A stretch of DNA of 64,000 nt from an uncultured Candidatus Saccharibacteria bacterium (lineage in GTDB: Bacteria; Patescibacteriota; Doudnabacteria; UBA920): positions 21,434 through 85,433 of the forward strand of contig CAZDEP010000002.1 of assembly GCA_964504715.1 (NCBI GenBank), read 5' to 3'. Within the stretch, counting starts at the first letter, position 1, and each line of letters begins with the position of its first letter. Of this stretch, positions 43,569 through 53,314 are shown piece by piece. The notes beneath the pieces were generated by a model. That model saw only the letters and a list, made by a program, of their open reading frames with translations. It was not told where the DNA came from and did no database searches. A program made the position numbers and the translations under genes.

Positions 43569-45900
43569 CGCTATTGCCCCGCGCCTGGGACTGCAAATGC
43601 TTTACATACTGCTTATCCAGCGGGTAGCCTGGGATAAACATGCTCTTGTCCAGTAACGGGGAACCTGCTTTGGGGATAAAATTGTCATTTGCGGGATCGG
43701 TAAATAACGGGTCATCGCCGAATGCGTTTCCACCCCCGTCAATAAATTGCGTGGTGCTGCCGGAAGCAACCATGCGGCTACAATACAGAAAATTGGGCGC
43801 ACCGGGGTAGTTGCAATTCCCCTTGTAAATCCAATTATTTTTTAACTCCGCCTGGGCCCCGGTATTACCGCCTAAAATATCAAAGCCATAATACGGCGGG
43901 TCTTGGGCATAAAACGCATTGTTATAAATTTTGGCATAAAAATCTGACTTGTCAAACCAAAAACCCAAGGCTTGCGAAGGGCGTTTTATAATAAAGGTAT
44001 TATTGAAGATATTAACTTTCTTTCTCCAATTTTGCGGCTTGTCGCTTTCCGTATCCCCTCCCCAATGGATAATTTGGTCATTGTCATAACCCTTCAATTT
44101 TATGAACACATTCCCATAAACGTTATCATCGGCATATGCCCCGTACGTCTGCTTGTACAAATCCACGATGCCGTTGTTCACCGCGTCTATAACCCTGTTG
44201 CCTCCCTCAATCCAGTTGTATCGTACCGTAAGCCCGGCTGAACGGTCTTTAATGTTCGTGCCGTAATCATGATCCAACTTCATATAGTTATATTCAAACA
44301 CCATGTTAATTGCCGAAACATACACATTATGGTGCTGTCCATCCCCGTAATATGAGTTGTCGTGAATATAATTGCCCTGGATAAGGATATTTTTTGAAGG
44401 ATTGGTGTTGGTAGACGCCACAAATATTCCGTCGCCGTTGTCATGTATGTCGCAATTTTTAATAACAATATTTTCGCCTTTTTCCACGTAAATTGCAGCC
44501 GCGTTGGATTCATACGGCCACGGCGCCCCGTTTTTACCGATAAAATTTACATGCAAACGGGCGTTGCGAATTTCCAAATTCTCTATAAATACATATTTAA
44601 TCATTTTATCGGAAGGAACACTGGAACCGGAAAGCTTAATAATACCTCGGTCCATGTTCCAGTAGTCCAAATCTGGATGCTCTTTGGCATTTTCACCGTC
44701 TATTATCGGCCGTTCGCCATTGGGGCCCAACACGCCGGTTATGACAATTGGCGCGGCTTCCGTGCCGGAATTGCCTATGTCAAATTTTTCCCGGTAAGGC
44801 TCACTTCGCCAATATACCCGGATCATATCCCCGGCTTTTATAGTGGCCAGCGGTACCTGGGCAAAAGATTCATACTGCTTGCCCGGGCCGACTTCAAAAA
44901 CGCGAAGAGGGGCGGGATACGTTGAAAGAATATTTGTTTGATACGGACTCGGACTAGATGTGGGAGTAGGGGTTGGTGTAGGGGCGGGGGTGGGCGTCGG
45001 AGCGGGAGTTGGGGAAGTTGTCGGGGTGGGAGTTGCTGCCGATTTTAACCAGGAAAGTTGGGCAGCCGCATAGCCAGTTTCTTCAAAATAGGCCATTTTT
45101 ATTTTATGGGGGCCGGCCGTAAAAGTGGTTGTATAGGAATAACCAGCTGCGGCTTGTCTTACCCACTTATCTATAACTAACTGGTCATCTATATACAAAC
45201 GCACTCCATCGTCTGTCAGGGTTGAAAAGGTATACGCGGCCGCTTCAAAATTAAATGTACCTTCAAAAGTAGCCGAAAACTGGTCCACGGTCATATTTGC
45301 GGCCGGACTGCCGCCTGACCAGTCAAAGTTCACGGAATTGACCGTAGAAGTTGCTTTTAAAGTCTCAAAATTCTTTCCCGCATAATAACAAGCGGTAAAA
45401 GCATTGCTCTCCGCCGCCGGACACCCAGAAGCGGCGGGAGCTGCAGCAGGGGCATCTAAGGTCATAAAATATTTACGCGCCAGCAAGACGCCTTTTTTGT
45501 CCGGCTGGCTGTAAAATTCAATTTTATACTTGGTTTTCGGGGCCAATACAAAACCGGTATTGGCGGTGCCTGTCATTTCTGCAAGGCTTGATAAAACCAC
45601 ATTGTTAACATACACAGAACCTTGTCTGTCCAGTGTCCGTTTCCAGGTAACCTGGTAATTCCACAGGCCGTTTTGATATTCAAGCGGCGTAATGTTCACA
45701 GCCAAAGACCGGTTACTAACCAGCGCCTGCGCGGGATAAGTCACGGCTCCCAAAACCCTCTCCTGAGCCTGCCTTAATAATTCGGAATATAAGAGCGCCC
45801 TGCTCACCCCGGGGAAAATTGCCGACAATACAAAAATACTAAGCACAAAAATGCCTGCCAAACTTTTACGTATTGGAATTTTCATGTTTTTAGGTTTCAA
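43534..45900 (-). CDS. secreted PA14-domain protein with Pro/Thr linker and right-handed parallel beta-helix (pectate-lyase-fold) domain
   Basis: Signal/TM N-terminus; PA14-like DDGVRLYIDDQLVIDKW; TPTPTTSPTPAPTPTPAPTPTPTPT linker; beta-helix repeats NCDIHDNGDGIFVAS / IQGNYIHDN. Confidence 0.65.
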   Translation of the reverse strand: MKPKNMKIPIRKSLAGIFVLSIFVLSAIFPGVSRALLYSELLRQAQERVLGAVTYPAQALVSNRSLAVNITPLEYQNGLWNYQVTWKRTLDRQGSVYVNNVVLSSLAEMTGTANTGFVLAPKTKYKIEFYSQPDKKGVLLARKYFMTLDAPAAAPAASGCPAAESNAFTACYYAGKNFETLKATSTVNSVNFDWSGGSPAANMTVDQFSATFEGTFNFEAAAYTFSTLTDDGVRLYIDDQLVIDKWVRQAAAGYSYTTTFTAGPHKIKMAYFEETGYAAAQLSWLKSAATPTPTTSPTPAPTPTPAPTPTPTPTSSPSPYQTNILSTYPAPLRVFEVGPGKQYESFAQVPLATIKAGDMIRVYWRSEPYREKFDIGNSGTEAAPIVITGVLGPNGERPIIDGENAKEHPDLDYWNMDRGIIKLSGSSVPSDKMIKYVFIENLEIRNARLHVNFIGKNGAPWPYESNAAAIYVEKGENIVIKNCDIHDNGDGIFVASTNTNPSKNILIQGNYIHDNSYYGDGQHHNVYVSAINMVFEYNYMKLDHDYGTNIKDRSAGLTVRYNWIEGGNRVIDAVNNGIVDLYKQTYGAYADDNVYGNVFIKLKGYDNDQIIHWGGDTESDKPQNWRKKVNIFNNTFIIKRPSQALGFWFDKSDFYAKIYNNAFYAQDPPYYGFDILGGNTGAQAELKNNWIYKGNCNYPGAPNFLYCSRMVASGSTTQFIDGGGNAFGDDPLFTDPANDNFIPKAGSPLLDKSMFIPGYPLDKQYVKHLQSQARGNSGGTDIGAYEKP

Positions 45901-45970
45901 ACAACTTTCCTATCACTTATAAAGATTATATCGTGATTCCTTGAATAAAAAAAGTGTTCGAAAACCATGC

Positions 45971-47008
45971 TTATTTCCGTGCTTTTTCTATCCCGTGCCC
46001 GCCGAACTGTTTCCTTAATAACGCCACAATTTTATTGGAAAACTTGTTTTGGTTTTTGGGGTCTTTGGATTCTTTCCGCACATTCACGGAATCTTCCAAA
46101 ACCCTTACATCCACGCCAAGTTCTTTGCCGGCTTGTACCGTCCATTCCCCTTCACCCAGCATATTTATTTCGCCCTTGGTATTTTCCAAATCTTCCTTTT
46201 CAAAAATATTTTTTACCAAATCAATAAGCCAGCTGCGGATTACCGAACCTTGCTGGTAAATGGCGGTCAGTTGGTTAAAATCGTAATCGAATTCAGAAGC
46301 CTTAAGCACCCCGTAGCCTTCGCCAATGGCTTCCATCATCCCGTATTCAATGCCGTTGTGGGCCATCTTGGCAAAGTGTCCCGCGCCGTTCTTGCCCAAG
46401 AGGCCGTAATTTTCTCCGGCGGATAATGCTTTAAAAATCGGCTCCACCAAAGGCCACTCTTCTTTTGGCCCGCCGACCATAAGCGCAAAACCGTTCTCCT
46501 CGCCCCACACGCCGCCGCTTGTGCCGCAATCATAAAAGACCACACCCTTTTCGCCCAGCTCTTTTCCGCGCTTAAGGGAATCTTTATAAAAACTGTTACC
46601 GCCGTCTATAATAATGTCGCCCGCGCGAAGATGCGGACCTAACTGATCGGTTAAAAAATCGCCTATGATATTTGAAGGCAGCATTAACCAAAAAACTCTT
46701 GGCTGGTCAGCCATAAGGTTGACTAAATCGGGCACATTGTCAAAAGAACGGGACAACAACCTCTCCCCATCCCTCCCCTTATGAGGGGAGGGTGTTCCGC
46801 CTTTTGGCGGGACGGGAGAGGTAGCGGCTACAAAATCGTCAAACTCTTTCCGCGGGCCATCTGAACGATTCCACGCCAAAACTTCAAAATTATTTTTCTT
46901 CAGACGGCGGGCGATTTGCGCGCCCATTTTCCCTAAACCAAAAATTGCAATTTGCATATTATTTATTCTGTCACTCTGACCTAACTTGGCTAAAGTTTCG
47001 TCGTGCAA
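45971..47008 (-). CDS. gnd: 6-phosphogluconate dehydrogenase (decarboxylating), short ~300-aa form
   Basis: MQIAIFGLGKMGAQIARRL (the likely true start, ~46954) and GTSGGVWGEENGFALMVGG...GAGHFAKMAHNGIEYGMMEAIGEGY; in-frame insert TSPVPPKGGTPSPHKGRDGERLLS from element H. Confidence 0.8.
   Translation of the reverse strand: MHDETLAKLGQSDRINNMQIAIFGLGKMGAQIARRLKKNNFEVLAWNRSDGPRKEFDDFVAATSPVPPKGGTPSPHKGRDGERLLSRSFDNVPDLVNLMADQPRVFWLMLPSNIIGDFLTDQLGPHLRAGDIIIDGGNSFYKDSLKRGKELGEKGVVFYDCGTSGGVWGEENGFALMVGGPKEEWPLVEPIFKALSAGENYGLLGKNGAGHFAKMAHNGIEYGMMEAIGEGYGVLKASEFDYDFNQLTAIYQQGSVIRSWLIDLVKNIFEKEDLENTKGEINMLGEGEWTVQAGKELGVDVRVLEDSVNVRKESKDPKNQNKFSNKIVALLRKQFGGHGIEKARK
46756..46826. repeat. Family-1 nested palindromic element (copy H; near-identical architecture to E), in-frame in gnd
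   Basis: caacctctccccatccctccccttatgaggggagggtgttccgccttttggcgggacgggagaggtagcg. Confidence 0.85.
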
Positions 47009-47086
47009 TGACTATTATCAGTAAGAGATCCCTCCGCTCGTCCCGCCTGCGGCGGGACTTCGGTCGGAATGACAGAAGGTGATAAA

Positions 47087-47647
47087 TTATTTTAATAAAT
47101 GTAAATATTTTTGCCTTAATTTGGAAATTTTCGGTTCAATTACAAGTTGGCAGTAAGGCTTGTCTTTATTGCTATTGTAATAATTCTGGTGGTAGCCTTC
47201 GGCCTCGTAAAATTTGCCGGCGGGTTTTACTTCGGTCACAACAGGCTTTGAGTAAATATGATCCTGTTCCAGTTTTTTTATAAATGATGAAATAGCGGCC
47301 TTTTGCTCTTCCGTAGTGTAAAAAATAACGGAGCGATACTGCGGGCCTGCATCATTCCCCTGCCTGTCTTTGGAAGTCGGATCGTGGGAGGTAAAGAAGA
47401 CGGATAGCAAATCATCGAGCGTAATAACGGACGGGTCAAACTCTACTTGCACAACTTCTATGTGTCCGCTAGTGCCGCTTGATACTTGTTCATAAGTGGG
47501 ATTTTCCCCGCCAGCCAGCGGATTGCCGCCCGCGTAACCAGATTTTACGCTAATAATCCCGCGTAGTCTCTGTACCACCGCCTCCACACACCAAAAACAC
47601 CCGCCGCCAAAGATAATGTTTTCCAAATTATGTTCTTGATGGTTCAT
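47087..47647 (-). CDS. msrA: Peptide-methionine (S)-S-oxide reductase
   Basis: IIFGGGCFWCVEAV active-site motif. Confidence 0.9.
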   Translation of the reverse strand: MNHQEHNLENIIFGGGCFWCVEAVVQRLRGIISVKSGYAGGNPLAGGENPTYEQVSSGTSGHIEVVQVEFDPSVITLDDLLSVFFTSHDPTSKDRQGNDAGPQYRSVIFYTTEEQKAAISSFIKKLEQDHIYSKPVVTEVKPAGKFYEAEGYHQNYYNSNKDKPYCQLVIEPKISKLRQKYLHLLK

Positions 47648-47657
47648 AGGAAAATGG

Positions 47658-48677
47658 TTATTTGACTATATACACCCTGTTTCTTCCTGATTCTTTCGCT
47701 TCATGCAACCAATGCTCCCCCTGCAAAACCACGGAATCGACCAATTTGTCCCAGTATTTAATTTCATCCGGAAAATTAAATTCCATAACCGATCCGCTAA
47801 TAGTAATTTTATTTGCCCTTGTTATTGGAATGCCAAAATTTTCCAGCCGTTGGGCTTCCAATTTCTCATTCCCAAAATCGTAAGGAATTTCTATGTTTAC
47901 ATACTCCCCGTTATTATCTTTTTCTAAAGGCTCATTTTCACCTCTACCCATAAGCCTTCTTAAGGCAATTTCCGCACCTTTAATGTCTGTATTTGGTAAA
48001 AAAATTAAAATTTCTTCGCCGCCCATCCTTCCCACCGTGGAAGTTTCAGGATTCTTTTTTTCATCTTCTTTTGAATTGAGCCTGACGATAGGGTCGCGCG
48101 CGCGGAAATTTTGGGCTAAAAATTTCGCCACCTTAACCAAAACTTCATTGCCCACTATGTGGTCGTAAGTGTCATTAATGGATTTAAACCTGTCTACATC
48201 CAGGCTAATAAAAACTCCTTTACGCACCCCCGCTTCATGGTAGGCTTTTAAAAGTTCAGTAAATCCCGCCCTTCCATAAAGCCCCGTAAGCTCGTCAAAA
48301 TTGGCGTTGCGATATAAAGTTTCGTGAATTTGAAGTAATTTTAAAATAATTGCCGCATTTAAATCCCTTTCTCTTTTGACCGAAGCCGATTCTCCCTGCA
48401 AAAGCTCCACATCCGTCTCAAGCCTATGAATTTTCTCCTCGAAAGATTTTCTGCTCGAGTCTGCACGCATTTTTTCATAAGCCTTAATCCCGCTTTGCAC
48501 CTTTTCGCCAATGGCTTTTAACCTAGTGTCCGCACTTTCCATTGCATTATTAAGCTGCAAATTTTCGTTAAATAACGCCTCGACCATGCGGCCCTCGTCT
48601 TCCCTTAGGGCAGTTTGCCTTGCTTTTGCGGCCAGAGCTTCCTCCAAAGGCTCGGGCGAATTTTTTTGCTCGCTCAT
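47658..48677 (-). CDS. GGDEF-domain diguanylate cyclase-like protein with an N-terminal coiled coil (signature reads GGEEI)
   Basis: FDELTGLYGRAGF...SLDVDRFKSINDTYDHIVGNEVL...RMGGEEILIF. Confidence 0.7.
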   Translation of the reverse strand: MSEQKNSPEPLEEALAAKARQTALREDEGRMVEALFNENLQLNNAMESADTRLKAIGEKVQSGIKAYEKMRADSSRKSFEEKIHRLETDVELLQGESASVKRERDLNAAIILKLLQIHETLYRNANFDELTGLYGRAGFTELLKAYHEAGVRKGVFISLDVDRFKSINDTYDHIVGNEVLVKVAKFLAQNFRARDPIVRLNSKEDEKKNPETSTVGRMGGEEILIFLPNTDIKGAEIALRRLMGRGENEPLEKDNNGEYVNIEIPYDFGNEKLEAQRLENFGIPITRANKITISGSVMEFNFPDEIKYWDKLVDSVVLQGEHWLHEAKESGRNRVYIVK

Positions 48678-48685
48678 ATGTGTCT

Positions 48686-49036
48686 TTAATTATTTTGATA
48701 CAATGTAAATCTATATTTTCCCATATCTACCTCAAGCTCTTTACTGACTTTAACCCCGTCTTTTTTAAGCAGCGACTTTTGCAATTCTTTGTCCGCAGTC
48801 CAATTGCCTTTTATGGATATTACTCCCTTGTTATTCAAAACTCTCCACCACGGTATTCCTGAATTTCCATCAATATCAAAGTTTCTTAATATCCTCCCCA
48901 CTTCCCTCGCCCCCTTTGGCTTGCCGCACGCTGCTGCCACCTGACCGTAGCTTACAACTTTGCCTTTGGGCACCTGACCGATGAAAGATAAAACCTGTTC
49001 TTTAAAATTTTGTTCAATCTTGTTCAATTTTGTCAA
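48686..49036 (-). CDS. Alkyltransferase-like (ATL) protein, MGMT DNA-binding domain lacking the catalytic Cys
   Basis: YGQVAAACGKPKGAREVGRILRNF...GIPWWRVLN (Trp in place of the PCHR Cys). Confidence 0.65.
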   Translation of the reverse strand: MTKLNKIEQNFKEQVLSFIGQVPKGKVVSYGQVAAACGKPKGAREVGRILRNFDIDGNSGIPWWRVLNNKGVISIKGNWTADKELQKSLLKKDGVKVSKELEVDMGKYRFTLYQNN

Positions 49037-49046
49037 TCTTGTTCAA

Positions 49047-50510
49047 TTACTTTGTCCACCATTCTTTGGCGTCTTTTTCTATCCACTCATCCGCCGTTTT
49101 AGGCCCGTTGCTGCCGATTTTATACTTATGCAAGATCTGTTTTTTAAACTGCGGATTTTCCGTTATGGAATCCACGTACTTCCAGGAAGCCTCAATTTCA
49201 TCGCTCCTGATAAACAGCCTTTGGTCGCCTTCCATAAAATCCAAAAGCAGCCGCTCATAAGCGGAAGGGATTTCGCCTTTGAATTCCTTTTCGTAGCCGA
49301 AAGCCAGGTTGCCCTGGTGGAGCTCAATGCCAAAACCCGGAATTTTGTTGTTAATTTGCAAAAACACTGCTTCGTCCGGCTGGATTTGGAAAGTTAAAAC
49401 ATTGGACGCGCAGCCCTTAAACAAACAGCGTATGGGCTCCCTAAAGTGGATGGAAATTTGTGTTAATTTTTTGGAAAGTTTTTTGCCGGTGCGCAAATAA
49501 AACGGCACCCCGGACCAGCGCGGCAAATTCACGTAAGTCTTAAGCGCAAAAAAAGTTTCCCTTGCGCTTTGGCTTCCGACCTCTTTGGGATAATTTTCAT
49601 ACTGGCCCAAAACCAGCCGGTTGTTTATTTTAGCGCCGTCAAAAGGCTCCAGCGCTTTTAGCACCTTGAGTTTTTCGTCGCGGATTAAATCCGCCGTCAG
49701 GTTGTAAGGCTCGTCCATGGCAATAAGCGCCAGCATTTGGAGAATGTGGTTTTGCAAAAAATCTTTAAGGGCGCCGGTTTCCTCATAAAAGGCGGCACGC
49801 CCCCCGACCCCGTCTTTTTCCAGCACCGAAATTTCCACGTGGTCTATAAAGCGGTTGTTCCACAAAGGCTCAAACAGGCTGTTGGCGAAACGCGCGACCA
49901 TTAAATTCTGCACGGTTTCCTTGCCCACATAATGGTCAATGCGATAAATCTGTTCTTCCGAAAAATACTTCAGCAATAAATTATTAAGCGCCTGGGCGGA
50001 CTTTAAATTAAAACCAAACGGCTTTTCCACCAAAATCCGGCTTTGACGGCCGTGCTCGGCGCAGGCCTTCAAAAGGCCGGCCGAACTTAAAATCCGAGTC
50101 AGCGATGCAAACTGCTGGGGCTTGGTGGCAAAATAAAACAGGCGGTTATAGCAAATGTGCTTTTTTCCGGCGTCATGGTCTGACAAAATTTTCGCGAGGG
50201 GCTTAAAACTCTCCGGCGAATCGAAATCGCCCTTAAAATAAAGCAGGTGCTTTAAAAATCCATTTTTGTCCTTGGGAGAGATTTTTTTTAGTTTTTGCGA
50301 TTTGGACAAAATAAATTTCAAATAAGCCTTATTGTCAAAATCCCGCCTGCCCACGGCCACCAGGCGAAAATTTTTGGGCAACAGGCCGTGCTTCTGCATT
50401 CGCAAAAGCGCGGGCAGCAAATAGTCCGCGGACAAATCCCCGGTCGCCCCGAAAATAGTCAAAATGGTCGGGGGCAGAATGTGCCTGTTGTAATTGAGCA
50501 TCTTCGGCAT
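49047..50510 (-). CDS. zwf: Glucose-6-phosphate 1-dehydrogenase
   Basis: IFGATGDLSADYLLPAL (NADP site) and RIDHYVGKETVQNL. Confidence 0.9.
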   Translation of the reverse strand: MPKMLNYNRHILPPTILTIFGATGDLSADYLLPALLRMQKHGLLPKNFRLVAVGRRDFDNKAYLKFILSKSQKLKKISPKDKNGFLKHLLYFKGDFDSPESFKPLAKILSDHDAGKKHICYNRLFYFATKPQQFASLTRILSSAGLLKACAEHGRQSRILVEKPFGFNLKSAQALNNLLLKYFSEEQIYRIDHYVGKETVQNLMVARFANSLFEPLWNNRFIDHVEISVLEKDGVGGRAAFYEETGALKDFLQNHILQMLALIAMDEPYNLTADLIRDEKLKVLKALEPFDGAKINNRLVLGQYENYPKEVGSQSARETFFALKTYVNLPRWSGVPFYLRTGKKLSKKLTQISIHFREPIRCLFKGCASNVLTFQIQPDEAVFLQINNKIPGFGIELHQGNLAFGYEKEFKGEIPSAYERLLLDFMEGDQRLFIRSDEIEASWKYVDSITENPQFKKQILHKYKIGSNGPKTADEWIEKDAKEWWTK

Positions 50511-50632
50511 AATAATAAAATTGCTTATCCCTATGGGGGAAAATAGGATAAATACTACCTTTACTATAACATACCATTTTCATTAATAAAAACGCCGCCC
50601 TCTCTTTTGGTCGGCCAAAGGGAAATTAGAAA

Positions 50633-53314
50633 TTATTCCCGAATTTTTGAAAGGTACAATTTAAAATTATATATCAGCTTCCTAATTTCCTCAGCCAAAA
50701 TAACCACAAAAGCCACGCCTAAAATTGCCGCCCACTCGCCCCAGGTTAAAGGGACGGTTTTTAGTATTTTTTGGAAAAAAGGATGGTAAATTGCCAAAAG
50801 CTGCAGGCCCAAATTAGCCAAAACGGCTAAAATTAAATATGGATTTTTGAAAAATCTGCCGCTAAATATGCTTTCCCTGTCTGACTGGCAATTAAAACCG
50901 TTGTACCACTGCGCAACAGCCAGGGTCGTTAAAGCTATGGTTATGCCTTTAAAATAATCTACACTGTAATACAGGTTAAACAAATACAAAGCCGCTCCGG
51001 CCATGGCCGCGCCCAAAATGGGCATTTGCAATAGCATGGACGGGGTCATAAAATACTTTGGCTGCTTTTGGAAATTACTGTGCAAAAGCCCGGCTTCCTT
51101 TTTCTCCAATGCCAAAGCGGTGCCTATGAGCGGGTCGGTGACTAAATTCAGCCATAATATTTGCGCCGCCAAAACCGGCATGGGCATATGCAAAAAAAGC
51201 GCCGCAGTTATGGCAAACAATTCACCCAAAGAAGTGGAAAACAAAAACAACAGCGATTTTTGGATATTTTTGTACATATGGCGGCCTTCGGCAATGGCCG
51301 CGACAATGCTGCTTAAGTTGTCATCCAAAAGCACAATGTCGGCCGCGTCTTTAGCCACTTCCGTGCCGATTTTACCCATGGCCACACCCAAATCCGCCGC
51401 CGCCAGAGAAGGCGCGTCGTTAACTCCGTCGCCGGTCATAGCCACCACCACGCCCAAATGCTTGTAAGCTTCTATAATTTTCATTTTATCCTGGGGCGTG
51501 ACCCGGGAATACACAGAAATTTTGTTTAAGCGAGCAGCCAGCTGCTCCTTGCTGAGTTCCGCCAATTCGCTCCCGCTTATGGCTTCGTCGCCCGCTTGGT
51601 ATATACCAGCCTCCTCCGCAATGGCTTTGGCCGTCACTTTATGGTCGCCCGTTATCATGACAATTTTTACCCCGGCTTCTTTGGCAAGCTTTATGGCTTG
51701 TTTAGCTTCCGGCCTTACCGCATCTTCTATGGCAAGCAGCCCGGTTAAAACCAAATCGTCGATATTATCCGTTTTATGGTGCCTGCCCAAAAGCTTAAAG
51801 CCGCATGCTACTACCCTTAAAGCCTGGGAGGAGAATTCCTCCATAACCGCCTCCCACTGTTTTCGGACCTGGGCGGTAAAGGGATGGCGCTCGCCGTTTT
51901 CCAAAAAACTGGCAGCCTTATTCATAAGCACTTCCGGCGCGCCGGAAATGGCGCAAAAAATTTCCTGGCGATGTTCGTAAAAGACCGCCCTAAATTTGGT
52001 ATTATAGCTAAACGCGATTTCGGCAGTTTCTTTGTATTCTTCAAAAAGTTTTTCCCGCGGCTCCCCTAATTTTTCCCCCAAAACCTGCATAGCCGCCTCG
52101 GTCGGGTCACCCGCCACTTTATAAACCCCTTCCTGCTTTAAATACCTGACCGTCGCCCGGCTGGCAAGCGAGGCTATGCGCGCTGAAAGCCCGACGTCTC
52201 CCGAGCCTGGCTGTTTCTGGCCCCCAAGCTCCAAATGTCCATCGGGGCTGTAGCCGCTGCCGGTCAGCGTATAAATCTTGCCGCCTGACAGTATTTTTTT
52301 TACCGCCATTTCATTTTTGGTAATGGTGCCGGTTTTGTCCACGGCAATCACCCGCGCCTGCCCGAGCGCTTCTACGGCCTGCAACTTTTTTACCAGCGCC
52401 TTGCGGCGGCTCATTCTGTATACGCCGGTTACCAAAATTAAAGTCAACACCAAAGGCAGGCCTTCAGGGATCATGGACACGGCCAAAGAAACTACTATCC
52501 CAAACATTTCCCTTGCGGACCTCCCGTATGCCAGTCCCAAAGAAAAAAGCCCGGCCGAAATTACACCAATGGCATAAATAATCAACCGGGAAAGTTTTTT
52601 AATATTCCGCTGCAGGGGAATTTCCGTTTCCCCCACTTCCAATAAATTTTTGGCCGTTTTGCCAATTTCCGTCTCCGCGCCCGTAGCCACCACCGCGCCC
52701 AAACCATTGCCGGTTAAAATATTGGTGCCTTTAAACACCATATTTTTCTGGCCCGCCGGCGGCAGCGAACTTTCGCCAATACTGCTTTCGGATTTGTGGA
52801 CTCCGCCCGACTCCCCCGTTAAAGCGGCTTCGTCGCAGCTTAGGTTGGAAACATGCAGGAGCCTCGCGTCGGCCACCACTTTTTGGCCTTCCTGCAGCAC
52901 CAGAATATCGCCCACGACCGCATCTTTTTCCGGAATTATTTCTTCCTCGCCTCCGCGAATAACCGCAGCCTCGCTCTCCGAAAGTTTTTTAAGGCTCCTT
53001 AAGGTGCTCTGGCTGCGGCCTTCCTGAATAGCCCCGACGACAGCATTAAAAATTAATACGGCCAAAATAATTACGCTGTCGGTATGTTCACCGATAAAAT
53101 AAACTATGGTTGAACATAACAATAAAATATATATTAGGGGGCTTTTAAATTGGTTGGCAAAAATTTTGAACCACGAGTCAGGCGGGCTTTCCGGCAGCAA
53201 ATTCGGACCATACTTTAAAAAGCGGCTCTCGGCCTCTTTGGCGCTTAAGCCGGTTTCCATATTCGTTCCAAGCTCGGTTTCTATTTGGTTTTTGGTATAT
53301 TGGTACCAGTGCAT
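50633..53314 (-). CDS. Cation-transporting P-type ATPase (P2-type, Ca2+/Mg2+-like)
   Basis: VIAVDKTGTITKN (phosphorylation site), TGES, MTGDGVNDAPSLAAADLGVAMG; 893 aa with 10 TM helices. Confidence 0.85.
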   Translation of the reverse strand: MHWYQYTKNQIETELGTNMETGLSAKEAESRFLKYGPNLLPESPPDSWFKIFANQFKSPLIYILLLCSTIVYFIGEHTDSVIILAVLIFNAVVGAIQEGRSQSTLRSLKKLSESEAAVIRGGEEEIIPEKDAVVGDILVLQEGQKVVADARLLHVSNLSCDEAALTGESGGVHKSESSIGESSLPPAGQKNMVFKGTNILTGNGLGAVVATGAETEIGKTAKNLLEVGETEIPLQRNIKKLSRLIIYAIGVISAGLFSLGLAYGRSAREMFGIVVSLAVSMIPEGLPLVLTLILVTGVYRMSRRKALVKKLQAVEALGQARVIAVDKTGTITKNEMAVKKILSGGKIYTLTGSGYSPDGHLELGGQKQPGSGDVGLSARIASLASRATVRYLKQEGVYKVAGDPTEAAMQVLGEKLGEPREKLFEEYKETAEIAFSYNTKFRAVFYEHRQEIFCAISGAPEVLMNKAASFLENGERHPFTAQVRKQWEAVMEEFSSQALRVVACGFKLLGRHHKTDNIDDLVLTGLLAIEDAVRPEAKQAIKLAKEAGVKIVMITGDHKVTAKAIAEEAGIYQAGDEAISGSELAELSKEQLAARLNKISVYSRVTPQDKMKIIEAYKHLGVVVAMTGDGVNDAPSLAAADLGVAMGKIGTEVAKDAADIVLLDDNLSSIVAAIAEGRHMYKNIQKSLLFLFSTSLGELFAITAALFLHMPMPVLAAQILWLNLVTDPLIGTALALEKKEAGLLHSNFQKQPKYFMTPSMLLQMPILGAAMAGAALYLFNLYYSVDYFKGITIALTTLAVAQWYNGFNCQSDRESIFSGRFFKNPYLILAVLANLGLQLLAIYHPFFQKILKTVPLTWGEWAAILGVAFVVILAEEIRKLIYNFKLYLSKIRE

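Noticed and set aside
49010-49053. Short tandem repeat caatcttgttcaatt x2 at the atl/zwf junction
   Set aside because: Only two units, overlapping a stop codon and RBS region; insufficient to call a repeat element.
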